Below are positions 1 to 9,289 of a DNA stretch of 58,474 bases, in pieces. Position 1 is the first letter of the stretch; each line of letters starts with the position of its first letter. Both the position numbers and the translations under genes were made by a program. Source of the stretch: a virus (lineage: Duplodnaviria > Caudoviricetes); IMG/VR virus record IMGVR_UViG_3300032083_001532, positions 1-58,474 of that record; one strand, given 5' to 3'. The notes under the pieces were generated by a model, which was not told where the DNA came from, ran no database searches, and saw only the letters and a list, made by a program, of their open reading frames with translations.

Positions 1-190
1 CACCGCTTCACTCCCAGCACGGATCTGCACTGGTTTAGGTGGGTCAAATTTAGTCAGGGTTTATTTTCCCGTTTGCTTCAAATACGGCTTGCGCCCATCC
101 CTTGCGACGGGCTGGGCGGCTCTACATTCACATAGGCACCGACAGCATCGCCATCTTGGCTCGTTATCTCTACGTACACCTGTTTCATTG

Positions 191-466
191 CTAATCCCTC
201 TTGAATTCCGGCGATCCCAGCACTTCGTCCTCACCGTGCGTAGTGGCCGCTTTGTCTTTTTCCAGTTGTTCGGGACCGTTCTTCGCATAACCATTTCCCG
301 GCTGGTAATATTCCGTAATCACATAGGAGCCGTCAGGCTGTCCCCTGACACGAATGACGCTCCTGTAGAACTCAGCCTTGATATCACGACGAACCTTCTC
401 GGCCTCAGCCTTCGTCAAGACCCGATGCCTAGACCTGATGCCAGTCATCATTATTTTATCACCCAT
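191..466 (-). CDS. hypothetical phage protein
   Basis: 91-aa ORF overlapping the end of the upstream 451-858 gene; no recognised motif. Confidence 0.5.
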   Translation of the reverse strand: MGDKIMMTGIRSRHRVLTKAEAEKVRRDIKAEFYRSVIRVRGQPDGSYVITEYYQPGNGYAKNGPEQLEKDKAATTHGEDEVLGSPEFKRD

Positions 467-858
467 ACAATTTCTGCGTTACCACGCCTGTTTGTTCGTG
501 TTGCTTCGGTTTCTTTTATGTGACCAAGGTCAGCAAGCTCTTTCCTGCGGGTGCGAGCGGTTGATGTGTTCCCCCATTCGGGCCTGAACAAGTCATCAAG
601 TTCCGAAGTAGTAAGTCCGTCGCTGCCAGCATTCCTGAATGCAGCAAGGACTTGTTTCTGCTTTTCTTTTAACTCCACCTTCTTGGCGGCGTCTTTTGAT
701 GTCTGTGGGTCTGCTTTTCGGCTCATGCGACTGAGCTTGTATTTCTCAAACTCTTTTAGTTCGCGCATAGCCCTGTTGACGGCACTGCCCAGCGAATAGT
801 CAGGGTGATTTTTCCACAGGTAATCACGCGCCAGTTCAAGTTTTTTTGTGTCGTCCAT
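451..858 (-). CDS. winged-helix DNA-binding protein (phage type)
   Basis: R..DP.TS..AA motif followed by GLTTSEL...RTRRKEL...G.I...RGNAEIVW, typical of small phage wHTH proteins; RBS GGAAGGGAAGAT before ATG. Confidence 0.6.
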   Translation of the reverse strand: MDDTKKLELARDYLWKNHPDYSLGSAVNRAMRELKEFEKYKLSRMSRKADPQTSKDAAKKVELKEKQKQVLAAFRNAGSDGLTTSELDDLFRPEWGNTSTARTRRKELADLGHIKETEATRTNRRGNAEIVWVIK

Positions 859-1033
859 ATCTTCCCTTCCCTTAGTGGGGCAGGCTGGCGCTTGGCACCC
901 CCATCGCCAGCAAATGAGGTCTCAGGTGAAAGGCTACACCTTGGCGCTTCGCGTTCTGCCCCTGATGAACAGCACTTTCCTTTACCAAGAGAGGTGCTGA
1001 CCATCTGTTTTTTTGATAATAGCGCATTAGCTA

Positions 1034-1062
1034 TTGACCAAAACTGTCCATAAACCTATCAT
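1034..1062 (+). promoter_or_regulatory. sigma70-type promoter
   Basis: TTGACC-17 bp-TATCAT in an intergenic gap upstream of the 1101 ORF. Confidence 0.55.
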
Positions 1063-1100
1063 CTGTTCTTCTGTTGTTCAAGAAAAATATTGAGGGCATC

Positions 1101-1340
1101 ATGGATCATGGTAAGTGGCGACTGGTCACGGGTTCCGAAACCTGCCGGTTAGCGAAAAGCATGGATGGAAAGACAGTGGCTGGTGCCCGGTACGGCGGAC
1201 CCTTCCGCCTACCATACACAAACTGCCCGAGGAAAAAAGAATGCTCCTGCGAGTGGGAAATGGTCAAGCCACCGCTCCCGGCACCAGAGCCGGTAGAGCG
1301 TGAAGTCCCTGTTCTTGACCCATGGGAAATGGAGAACTGA
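1101..1340 (+). CDS. small Cys-containing hypothetical protein
   Basis: ATG at 1101 after GAGGG, downstream of the promoter; C..CP....CSC pattern. Confidence 0.45.
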   Translation: MDHGKWRLVTGSETCRLAKSMDGKTVAGARYGGPFRLPYTNCPRKKECSCEWEMVKPPLPAPEPVEREVPVLDPWEMEN

Positions 1341-1341
1341 C

Positions 1342-1617
1342 ATGAGAAAGTGGGATCGCCTTTACGCTATTGAAGCAAAGAGCCTTCTTGTTGACCTTGG
1401 CTGGTCAAAAGCGCGGCTGGCACGGGAAATGGGACTGCGGGAGGCCACAGTCTACGGGTGGGCTGAGATATGGCCCCTTTACGCGCTCAAGTTTGTAGAA
1501 ATGGCAAAGGCTATAAAAGAGCTAAAACATGCCAATTCAGTCGTGGAAGAGCGCCTTGAGTTCCTGACCAATACACTTCGGTCATCTTTTAAGGACCATG
1601 AAGATTTCAGGCACTAA
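1342..1617 (+). CDS. Cro/XRE-like helix-turn-helix protein
   Basis: LGWSKARLAREMGLREATVYGW HTH signature; GGAG RBS before ATG 1342. Confidence 0.6.
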   Translation: MRKWDRLYAIEAKSLLVDLGWSKARLAREMGLREATVYGWAEIWPLYALKFVEMAKAIKELKHANSVVEERLEFLTNTLRSSFKDHEDFRH

Positions 1618-2146
1618 CAGCTTCCCAAGAGTTTGTAATCGGCTGTCCTGCCTGCGGACGGTAGAAGCTTTCATAGCCCTGCCGTTGCAGTTGCCGGACA
1701 TTAAGCATACCGTCCTGCCGGTTATCCATGCAGCGAATACCCTTGTCGGTTTCAACTGCAAGAACCATGTGCCAGCCACCGGGCGTCAGGCACACCATCG
1801 GGTAAACACTTTTGCGAAGGGATGGCATGTCCTCTTCCAGCATGTTGTAGCAGTAAAGTGCGAAGCCATCACAGTCATCGCGTATCTTGCCGCCTTCAAG
1901 CTCGGGGATACGCCAGTCTTCGACCTTGCCGTAATTGGCCATGTCTGATGTCCATATAAAGTGCCGTCGCATGTGGCGCAGGGCACCGAGTAGGATGTCA
2001 CGGTTACCATCCCAGTTAAGGGGTGTGTATGAAGCTTTGGGGGGAGGAGCCTTGGGAGCCGCCGTCGTTGCCTTGGGGGCTTTTGTTTGGGTGTTCTTCT
2101 TGGTGGCAGGCTTCTTTTTAGCTTTGGTTTCCTTGGGGTTCGCCAT
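1607..2146 (-). CDS. transglutaminase-like cysteine protease (BTLCP/C93-like)
   Basis: DDCDGFAL ... GWHMVLAV ... RCMDNR gives a Cys-His-Asp triad in BTLCP context; GAGGAG RBS before ATG 2146; Lys-rich N-terminus. Confidence 0.7.
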   Translation of the reverse strand: MANPKETKAKKKPATKKNTQTKAPKATTAAPKAPPPKASYTPLNWDGNRDILLGALRHMRRHFIWTSDMANYGKVEDWRIPELEGGKIRDDCDGFALYCYNMLEEDMPSLRKSVYPMVCLTPGGWHMVLAVETDKGIRCMDNRQDGMLNVRQLQRQGYESFYRPQAGQPITNSWEAVSA

Positions 2147-2309
2147 TGTCGTTCTCCTCATAAGTATTGCAAAGGGAGTGTTCAGGATGATCAAGGCAGA
2201 ACTGGTGAGCGCCTGTAGGCGCATCAATGTACGGTTCTTCGATGCCACTCGTGGTTTCTGCACAACTGACAAGAAGAAGGCCGATAAATATAAAAGACAA
2301 CTGCCTCAT
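2118..2309 (-). CDS. small lipoprotein
   Basis: signal peptide with lipobox LVSC; APTGAHQFCLDHPEHSLC motif. Confidence 0.6.
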   Translation of the reverse strand: MRQLSFIFIGLLLVSCAETTSGIEEPYIDAPTGAHQFCLDHPEHSLCNTYEENDNGEPQGNQS

Positions 2310-2329
2310 GGCGGGGAGGATAGCACAAA

Positions 2330-2533
2330 ATGACCGAAGACGAAAAGCAACACCTGTGGACGCTACACACCACCTATGAAAATGCTGTCAAAAAATATGA
2401 CAGCATTCCCATGGTGGAGGGGAACCCCCGGCCAAAGATTGAGGCGCAGTACCAGCGCAAGGCGGCTATTGACAAGCTGACTGGTTATGTAAAGTGGTTA
2501 AAAGGAAAGTACGAAGAAGACCCTTGGGGCTAG
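2330..2533 (+). CDS. hypothetical protein
   Basis: 67-aa ORF with GGGGAGGA RBS. Confidence 0.55.
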   Translation: MTEDEKQHLWTLHTTYENAVKKYDSIPMVEGNPRPKIEAQYQRKAAIDKLTGYVKWLKGKYEEDPWG

Positions 2534-2733
2534 GAAGTGAACCGGCGCTTGCGCCCTTCAATGTTCCAGACTTTCTGATAGGCATTCATCATCTTGTCGG
2601 CATTCTTTTTTTCTTCGGCTTTCTTTGTTTCTGCTGCCCGCAGATGCTCAAGGTATTTTTGAATAGCCACCAAGTTGGCAGTATTCATCTTCCCTTTCTG
2701 GGTGTTTGCAGTTGGCATTGTTGGCTTTTTCAT
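2530..2733 (-). CDS. hypothetical basic protein
   Basis: 67-aa ORF with AAGGAAAG RBS; converges on 2330-2533. Confidence 0.5.
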   Translation of the reverse strand: MKKPTMPTANTQKGKMNTANLVAIQKYLEHLRAAETKKAEEKKNADKMMNAYQKVWNIEGRKRRFTS

Positions 2734-2799
2734 TTTCTTTCCTTGTTCGTAGACTAGAACAACAGTATAACATATTAGGACAAATTGAAAGGTCTTAGT

Positions 2800-3048
2800 G
2801 TGAGTACGCCAGAAGCAAGAAATGAAGATCGCTTCCGCAACAGGCGGAAGATGGCGTGGCAGGCTTGGATTTTTATCCTTCTTGTTGGTGCCATCCTGAC
2901 CGTGTGTGGCATTATGTCTGATAATGTTGCGGCACGTATAGAAAGGTTCTGGCCTGCCGTCGCGTCTTTTGTTGCTACCCCCGGCCTAGTTGTCTTGGCC
3001 TATTACGGAAGTGCTGCTTATGAGCACAAAAAAGAAGATGGTAGATGA
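2800..3048 (+). CDS. two-TM membrane protein, holin candidate
   Basis: two hydrophobic helices, basic N-terminal RRK and charged C-tail; just upstream of the spanin pair; start GTG 2800 or TTG 2785. Confidence 0.5.
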   Translation: MSTPEARNEDRFRNRRKMAWQAWIFILLVGAILTVCGIMSDNVAARIERFWPAVASFVATPGLVVLAYYGSAAYEHKKEDGR

Positions 3049-3440
3049 CAAGGGGCGTGCCAAACGTACTGAATAAGGAACTTATTTGGGACAGGGTTAT
3101 AGTCTGCGGCAGTGGATGCTGGAATTGGACTTCGGCCAAAATGGGTGGGTATGGGTATGTGATGGCGGACGGTGAACGCTGGTACGCACACCGTGCCGCT
3201 TATACTGTGTTCGTCGGCCCTATCCCGGTCGATAAACGAATAAACCACCATTGTGATAACAGGGCCTGCTGCAGCCCGACACATCTTTACACGAGTACTG
3301 CCCAAAAGTTGTCTGAAGCTGACATTCGGTCAATTCGCAATGACCCAAGGCTGCACAAGGTAATAGCCTATGATTACGGCATTCATCTCACGGGAGTGCA
3401 AAAAATCAAATACGGACTTACGTGGAAGCATGTGAAATGA
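3045..3440 (+). CDS. HNH (His-Me finger) endonuclease-like protein, possibly degenerate
   Basis: CWNW...GYG...AHR.AY...G.IP...HHCDNRACCSP.HL plus C-terminal KLSEADIRSIR HTH-like tail. Confidence 0.75.
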   Translation: MTRGVPNVLNKELIWDRVIVCGSGCWNWTSAKMGGYGYVMADGERWYAHRAAYTVFVGPIPVDKRINHHCDNRACCSPTHLYTSTAQKLSEADIRSIRNDPRLHKVIAYDYGIHLTGVQKIKYGLTWKHVK

Positions 3441-3871
3441 ACTATCTGCTAGGGGGGTTGGGAATATTAACGGTCGTTTCTTGGCTCGCCACCTATTTCC
3501 TATGGAACCAGTACGAAGACGAACGGGCTAACCGTGCGGTGGCGGAGGCTACCATAGCGGTTCAGAAAGAAACCATCAGGACTATGGGGGAGCAGGTCAA
3601 TATAGCCAAAGCAACCCTTGCCGAGCAGCGACAGGAAAACACTGAACTTGTCATACAGATGCAGAAACGGGACCGTGACCTAAACCAAATGCGCCTCACG
3701 ATTGAAAGGCAAGCCTATGAAAGCCCTTACCGCAACAGCATTGATACTAATAACTGGTTTGCTGACTGGATGCGGAGCGTCGAAAGTGCCACCGGCTACA
3801 CTCGCCCCGGAACTGATAATAATTCCACCGGAGAAACCAGCACCATTGATGGCACCACTGGAACGGATTAG
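3437..3871 (+). CDS. inner-membrane spanin (Rz-like)
   Basis: N-terminal TM helix followed by long coiled coil; overlapped out of frame by a lipoprotein gene. Confidence 0.65.
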   Translation: MNYLLGGLGILTVVSWLATYFLWNQYEDERANRAVAEATIAVQKETIRTMGEQVNIAKATLAEQRQENTELVIQMQKRDRDLNQMRLTIERQAYESPYRNSIDTNNWFADWMRSVESATGYTRPGTDNNSTGETSTIDGTTGTD

Positions 3872-4145
3872 CGAAGAAGAGTTTGCCCAGACATGGACGA
3901 TTACTGTTACGGAAGAAACATTCGAGCAATACCGCATTCTTTGCGAAGAGGGGATGTCCGACTTCTGCAATGTTGGAGTTCCGGGCTTCACACCCCACGG
4001 CCTGACGAACCTTATGGACTATCTTAACGATATGCTCGCCTATATCCACGCGGCGAACAGCGCGATCAGGTATTATGAGCGCGTACTTGAGAGAGTGGAT
4101 CAACACTTCAAAAAGGAGAATAGGCAATGGAATGGGAAGGACTAA
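3717..4145 (+). CDS. outer-membrane spanin lipoprotein (Rz1-like)
   Basis: MKALTATALILITGLLTGC lipobox then Pro-rich segment; starts inside the i-spanin gene in another frame with GAAAGG RBS. Confidence 0.65.
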   Translation: MKALTATALILITGLLTGCGASKVPPATLAPELIIIPPEKPAPLMAPLERISEEEFAQTWTITVTEETFEQYRILCEEGMSDFCNVGVPGFTPHGLTNLMDYLNDMLAYIHAANSAIRYYERVLERVDQHFKKENRQWNGKD

Positions 4146-4237
4146 TTTGGTTAGCCCTTGTTGCGGTGCTGTTGCTCGGTGGTTATATCGGGTTTCGGTA
4201 CTTCAAGGGCTTGCTTGACAGAAAAAATGGAAAATAA
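4127..4237 (+). CDS. 36-aa single-TM protein (below ORF-track cutoff)
   Basis: AAGGAG RBS; MEWEGLIWLALVAVLLLGGYIGFRYFKGLLDRKNGK; fills the gap between o-spanin and LexA-like gene. Confidence 0.55.
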   Translation: MEWEGLIWLALVAVLLLGGYIGFRYFKGLLDRKNGK

Positions 4238-4238
4238 A

Positions 4239-4472
4239 ATGACCAGCACACAAAGCCGCGTATATCAATTTATTAAGCGGTATTGGAAGCATCATGGTCA
4301 TGGACCGTCTTACCAGAACATTGCGGAGGGAGCTAACCTGTCCTCACGGTCATCGGCGCACTATTGTGTAAACCGCATGATTGAGGCTGGATATCTCACA
4401 AAAGGTTCTGGGAAACGACTGGCTAGGACAATTCGACCAGCGGATATACCGTTGGAGCAATTGATCACTTGA
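4239..4472 (+). CDS. LexA-like DNA-binding domain protein (no peptidase domain)
   Basis: T..Q..VY.FI..Y....G.GPSYQNIA....LSSRSSAH..V..M...GYL....ARTI matches the LexA N-terminal wHTH. Confidence 0.75.
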   Translation: MTSTQSRVYQFIKRYWKHHGHGPSYQNIAEGANLSSRSSAHYCVNRMIEAGYLTKGSGKRLARTIRPADIPLEQLIT

Positions 4473-4497
4473 CGAACAAGGCAAGTTAAGCCAAACT
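4469..4497 (+). promoter_or_regulatory. candidate sigma70-type late promoter
   Basis: TTGACG-17 bp-CAAACT upstream of terL. Confidence 0.4.
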
Positions 4498-4554
4498 GCT
4501 AAAATCAGCGGGTGGTGTCCTTAATACACTTTTCCGACCCGCGCCTTCCAGACT

Positions 4555-4586
4555 AGGCCCTTCCCTTGTGGAGGGGCCTTTTTATT
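4555..4586 (+). terminator. intrinsic terminator immediately upstream of terL
   Basis: AGGCCCTTCC-CTTGT-GGAGGGGCCT stem (one G.U) followed by TTTTATT. Confidence 0.5.
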
Positions 4587-4589
4587 AAG

Positions 4590-6140
4590 GTGGTCGCCAT
4601 AAGTCTTGAGCAATCCCCAGAGTTGCAGCAGATCGTTAAGGCTCTGAGTGCATCCCAAAACCTTCCAGATAAGGACCGCCTAGAACTCTTGGAACTTGTG
4701 GCCAATCTTGGAGAGGCCGCAATCCTAGACAGGGCGCGGCACAACTTTCTGGATTTTGTAAAGCGGGTCTGGCCGATCTTCATTGAGAGTGCCCACCACA
4801 GGAAGGTGGCAGAACTTTTTGATGATGTGATCGAAGGGCGGAAAAAGAGGGTCATTATTAATATGGCCCCCCGTCACACCAAGTCAGAGTTTGCTTCTTG
4901 GTTATTACCGGCCTACACATTGGGCAGGGCACCAAGCAAAAAGATCATTCAGGCATCGCACACGGCAGACCTTGCTGTGGATTTTGGCCGTAAGGTGCGA
5001 AACCTTGTGAACTCCGAAGAATATCACGAGGTATTCCCCGGCACAGAATTGAGTGCAGACAGTAAGTCAGCCGGTCGATGGAAAACAAACCATGCCGGTG
5101 AGTATTACGCTGTTGGTGTTGGTGGCGCTTTGGCGGGTCGCGGTGCCGATCTTCTGGTGATTGACGATCCACACTCCGAACAGGACGCGATGTCCCCGTC
5201 ATTGCTTGAGAGCGCCTATGACTGGTACATGACAGGCCCTCGCCAGCGTTTGCAGCCGGGAGGGTCCATTATTCTGGTGCAAACCCGGTGGGATGAGCGA
5301 GACCTGACAGGCCGCATTCTCAAGGAAAGCATAAAGTCATCCGGTGGTGATGAATGGGAGGTCTTTGAACTGCCAGCCATTCTGGATGAGAACACAGAAA
5401 AAGAGCGCCCAATATGGCCATCCTTCTGGTCCCTTGATGAGCTAAAGGCAACACGGGCTAGTATTTCCCCGCAACGCTGGCAAGCGCAGTACCAGCAGCA
5501 ACCGACCTCAGAAGAGGGCGCTCTGATCAAGCGCGAATGGTGGCGCATGTGGGAACAGAAAGCTCCTCCCCGGTGCAGTTATATCCTGCAATCATGGGAT
5601 ACGGCATTCTTGAAATCGCAAACGGCTGACTTTTCGGCGCTCACGACATGGGGTGTTTTCAACTACGAAGACCCGGAAACCGGCAAATTGTTACCGAACA
5701 TAATTTTGCTGGATGCCGAGCAGGACCGTTGGGAGTTTCCTGAACTCAAGGAAAAGGCTTTACAAGAATACAATCAGTGGAACCCTGACAGCGTGATCAT
5801 TGAAAGCAAGGCTGCGGGACTTCCTCTTATTGCTGAATTGCGCAGGACCGGCGTGCCGGTGGCAGAATTCAGTCCTTCACGGGGCAACGACAAGGTTGCT
5901 CGTGTTAATTCGGTTAGCGACATCTTTTATTCGCAACGGGTTTGGGCACCCGAAGGGAGAAGGTTTGCACAGGATGTAATCAATCAATGTGCAGCGTTTC
6001 CCCACGGCGAACACGACGATTATGTGGATAGCACCACGCAGGCCATCATGCGTTTCAGGCAAGGTGGTCTTATTGCCCTTGAGAATGACTGGGCCGACGA
6101 AGAAACAGTCCGACACAGGAAAACAAGAGCGTATTACTAA
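4590..6140 (+). CDS. terL: terminase large subunit
   Basis: IINMAPRHTKS Walker A, LLVIDDP Walker B, VQTRW coupling motif, SWDTA and HDDYVD RNase H-like nuclease; start uncertain (TTG 4566, GTG 4590 or ATA 4599). Confidence 0.95.
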   Translation: MVAISLEQSPELQQIVKALSASQNLPDKDRLELLELVANLGEAAILDRARHNFLDFVKRVWPIFIESAHHRKVAELFDDVIEGRKKRVIINMAPRHTKSEFASWLLPAYTLGRAPSKKIIQASHTADLAVDFGRKVRNLVNSEEYHEVFPGTELSADSKSAGRWKTNHAGEYYAVGVGGALAGRGADLLVIDDPHSEQDAMSPSLLESAYDWYMTGPRQRLQPGGSIILVQTRWDERDLTGRILKESIKSSGGDEWEVFELPAILDENTEKERPIWPSFWSLDELKATRASISPQRWQAQYQQQPTSEEGALIKREWWRMWEQKAPPRCSYILQSWDTAFLKSQTADFSALTTWGVFNYEDPETGKLLPNIILLDAEQDRWEFPELKEKALQEYNQWNPDSVIIESKAAGLPLIAELRRTGVPVAEFSPSRGNDKVARVNSVSDIFYSQRVWAPEGRRFAQDVINQCAAFPHGEHDDYVDSTTQAIMRFRQGGLIALENDWADEETVRHRKTRAYY

Positions 6141-8716
6141 TGGCTGTAGACAAACCCCTACAATCGCCCCTCTCTGATGACGAGGCGTTGATGGCTGCAA
6201 TGGAGCTTGATGTTCCTATCGACAATACCGAGATTGACGGTATGGTCGTGGCCATTGATGGCTACGATCTACCGCCAGAACTTGACGATGACTTTAACTC
6301 CAACATCGCTGAACAGCTTGACGACAGTGATGCTAGTGAGATTGGAGGCCAACTACTTGCTGACTATGAAGCAGACCTGAACTCCCGTGAAGAATGGGCG
6401 AAAACCCTCAAGCAGGGAATGCAGGAACTGGGACTTAAAATCGAAGAGCGCACCGAGCCATGGGATGGTGCGTCGGGCGTCTTCCACCCCCTTCTTCCCG
6501 AGGCGCTGGTCAGCTTTCAGAGCCAGATTATCCAAGAGGTATTCCCGGCACGAGGGCCAGTCAGATCAAAGCTGATGGGCAAGGAAACCCTGCCCTTGCA
6601 GCGTCAAGCCAAGCGGGTTGAAGATTACATGAACTATACGCTGACAGAGCAGATGTCAGAGTATCGTGCTGAAACTGAGAAGCTTATCTTTAATATGGCC
6701 TTGGCAGGGTCTTCTTTCCGCAAGAACTATCTTGATCCTGTTCTTGGCCGTCCTGCCGCCATGTTCGTTCCGGCAGAAGATTTTGTCGTTGAGTACGGAA
6801 CTGCGGACCTGAGAACATGCGGTCGATACACTCACGTTATGCGTAAATCGCAAAACGAAGTGAAGAAGCTGCAACATGTTGGCTTTTACAAGAAAATGAA
6901 CCTCCCTGTTGGCGTTCCGCGCTACAGCGAAGTTGAAGACGAAAAGGACAGCCTTAGTGGCGTCCGGGCCACCTATGACAAAGACAACCGGCACGAACTG
7001 CTTGAAATGTTCGTGGACTACGAGCTACCGGTTGACGATCCCTTTGCTGGAGATATGGGTGGATTGGCCCTCCCATATGTGATCACGATTGATCGTGCTA
7101 CAGGAAGGGTTCTTTCTATTCGTCGCAATTGGCTGGAAGACGATCCCCATAAGAACCGTCGCCAGCACTTTGTGCATTACTATTATGTGCCGGGAATGGG
7201 TTTCTATGGCTATGGCCTAGCCCACCTGATTGGCTCCACGGCCAAGTCGGCAACATCAATCCTGCGGCAACTTCTTGACGCAGGTACACTTGCCAATGTG
7301 CAGGGCGGGTTTAAGTCTCGCGGCCTCCGAGTTATGGGCGGCGATGACATGCCAGTAGCGCCGGGTGAGTGGCGTGACGTTGAAGTTACCCACGGTTCCA
7401 TTCGGGACAACATTCTCCCACTCCCGATCAAGGAGCCAAGCCCGACGCTACACGCCTTGCTCAAGGACATTGCTGACGATGGTCGTCGGTTTGCCTCGCT
7501 GGCTGACGCAAATATTTCCGAAATGAGCAATCAGGCACCTGTAGGGAGCACATTGGCCATTCTGGAGCGTTCGCTTAAAAACATGAGTGCTGTGCAGGCC
7601 CGGTTCCATGACAGCCAGAAGCAGGAATTCAAGCTTCTCCATGACCTTATTGGTGAAGATGATACGCCTTATCCATACGAGCTTGAGCCGGAAGAAGACG
7701 GTCAGGTGCCGAACAAGCAGCAGGACTTTGATGGCCGTGTTGATGTGATCCCGACAGCCGATCCCAATGCAGCAACGATGGGAATGCGCATCGTGCAGAA
7801 CCAAGCGGCACTCGATTTGGCGAATACTGCACCGCACCTTTACGATCTACCGGAATTGCACCGTCGCTTCCTTTATGCAATGGACATGCGTGATCCTGAG
7901 AAGCTGGTGCCGACCGATGATGAACTCGTTCCGACCGATCCTGTGTCAGAGAACATGAACATCCTGACCAGCAAGCCCGTGCGCGTTCACTCATATCAGG
8001 ACCATGAAGCACATATTTCTGCCCACATGATGGCGTCCCAAGACCCGAAGATTGCGGAAATGGTAAAAGAGCACCCCAACGCTCCGGGTATCATGGCGGC
8101 ACTTGCTGCGCACGTTGTTGAGCATCTTGCTCACAAGTATCGTCAGGAAATCGAAGAAGAAATGGGCACAACGCTACCGCCTTATGGCGAGCCGATCCCG
8201 CCAGAAGTTGAAGTCAGACTGTCCAAGCTTGTTGCCGAGGCTGCTGCTCAACTCTTTAATAAGGACGTGGCAGAAGCCAAGGCTCTTGAAATTGCCCGCT
8301 CTCAGGAAGACCCGGTTATCCAGCAGCAGAACCGGGAACTGGATGTCAAGGAAGGCGAGTTGGCTCGCAAGAAGATGGCCGATGCCGCCAAGACCGAGTT
8401 CCTGTACGAAAACCTTATCAGGGAAATGGAACACAAGAAGGCAGAACTGGCCAGCGAAGAGCGCCAGAAGGGTGCCGAGCTTATGGTTGAAATGCTCAAG
8501 GCGTGGTCTGACGAAAACGAACGCCGTGCGGATCGTGCCAGCAAGGACCAGACAACGGGCGTTGATATGGCTCGTCGCTTCGTGGAAGACCTTGCCCGGA
8601 ACGATGACCTCAAGAAGCAGCGGTTCTTGCAAGAAAAGGACATGGAGTACAAGAAAGCCCTTGAGGCTCGCAAGATTGAGCGGGAAACCCCCTTTACAAG
8701 GGGTGACAGCGAATGA
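6140..8716 (+). CDS. portal protein
   Basis: 858 aa directly after terL; EPWDGASGVFHPLL, GFYGYGL.HLIG and LRQLLDAGTLAN motifs of podovirus-like portals; C-terminal coiled coil. Confidence 0.9.
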   Translation: MAVDKPLQSPLSDDEALMAAMELDVPIDNTEIDGMVVAIDGYDLPPELDDDFNSNIAEQLDDSDASEIGGQLLADYEADLNSREEWAKTLKQGMQELGLKIEERTEPWDGASGVFHPLLPEALVSFQSQIIQEVFPARGPVRSKLMGKETLPLQRQAKRVEDYMNYTLTEQMSEYRAETEKLIFNMALAGSSFRKNYLDPVLGRPAAMFVPAEDFVVEYGTADLRTCGRYTHVMRKSQNEVKKLQHVGFYKKMNLPVGVPRYSEVEDEKDSLSGVRATYDKDNRHELLEMFVDYELPVDDPFAGDMGGLALPYVITIDRATGRVLSIRRNWLEDDPHKNRRQHFVHYYYVPGMGFYGYGLAHLIGSTAKSATSILRQLLDAGTLANVQGGFKSRGLRVMGGDDMPVAPGEWRDVEVTHGSIRDNILPLPIKEPSPTLHALLKDIADDGRRFASLADANISEMSNQAPVGSTLAILERSLKNMSAVQARFHDSQKQEFKLLHDLIGEDDTPYPYELEPEEDGQVPNKQQDFDGRVDVIPTADPNAATMGMRIVQNQAALDLANTAPHLYDLPELHRRFLYAMDMRDPEKLVPTDDELVPTDPVSENMNILTSKPVRVHSYQDHEAHISAHMMASQDPKIAEMVKEHPNAPGIMAALAAHVVEHLAHKYRQEIEEEMGTTLPPYGEPIPPEVEVRLSKLVAEAAAQLFNKDVAEAKALEIARSQEDPVIQQQNRELDVKEGELARKKMADAAKTEFLYENLIREMEHKKAELASEERQKGAELMVEMLKAWSDENERRADRASKDQTTGVDMARRFVEDLARNDDLKKQRFLQEKDMEYKKALEARKIERETPFTRGDSE

Positions 8717-8913
8717 TCCGCAGCATTGAGGAGCTTGTCGAAAAGGCTCTCAATGACATGTTGATGGACCTTGAGGAGGTCGTAAGGACAGGGCGGAACG
8801 TTGAGGACTATGCCCAGTACCAGTTCCTGATCGGCAAGATTGAGGGCATAAGTCGTGCCCGTACCGCAGTTATTGATGTCCTTCATCGCTATGACAGGGG
8901 TGAGGACGACTAA
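8713..8913 (+). CDS. conserved small head-module protein
   Basis: DYAQYQFLIGKIEG motif often seen between portal and co-chaperonin in such phages; ATGA overlap. Confidence 0.65.
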   Translation: MIRSIEELVEKALNDMLMDLEEVVRTGRNVEDYAQYQFLIGKIEGISRARTAVIDVLHRYDRGEDD

Positions 8914-9242
8914 TGAAGGGGTGGAAGATGGCTAGTTTTTATATTGGCGTCATTGTCTCCATCCTGACCTTCTTTGTGCTGATTGATGAGGTTGGAGTTC
9001 CCCGCCCCGTCATGACAGGCGAACACAAAGAGTGGGAAATAGCGGTCATGATCACTCGGGAAGAACAACTCGAAGACAGGATTGACCGAATTCAGAAGCG
9101 GGTGTACGAATTCCAGCGAGAACTTAACGTACAGGGCGAACCGCAGACTGACATACAGAAAGAATACGAACTGCTTCTCCAACGGCAGATCGAACGGGAC
9201 AGGCGTGAACTTGACGCCATCCGTGAACAACAAGCCCAGTAG
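8913..9242 (+). CDS. membrane-anchored coiled-coil protein
   Basis: N-terminal TM helix then charged coiled coil; TAATG coupling. Confidence 0.6.
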   Translation: MKGWKMASFYIGVIVSILTFFVLIDEVGVPRPVMTGEHKEWEIAVMITREEQLEDRIDRIQKRVYEFQRELNVQGEPQTDIQKEYELLLQRQIERDRRELDAIREQQAQ

Positions 9243-9289
9243 TTGGTGCAAAGGGACCGTGGCCCTTCTTCCACGCGCATGGAGACATC

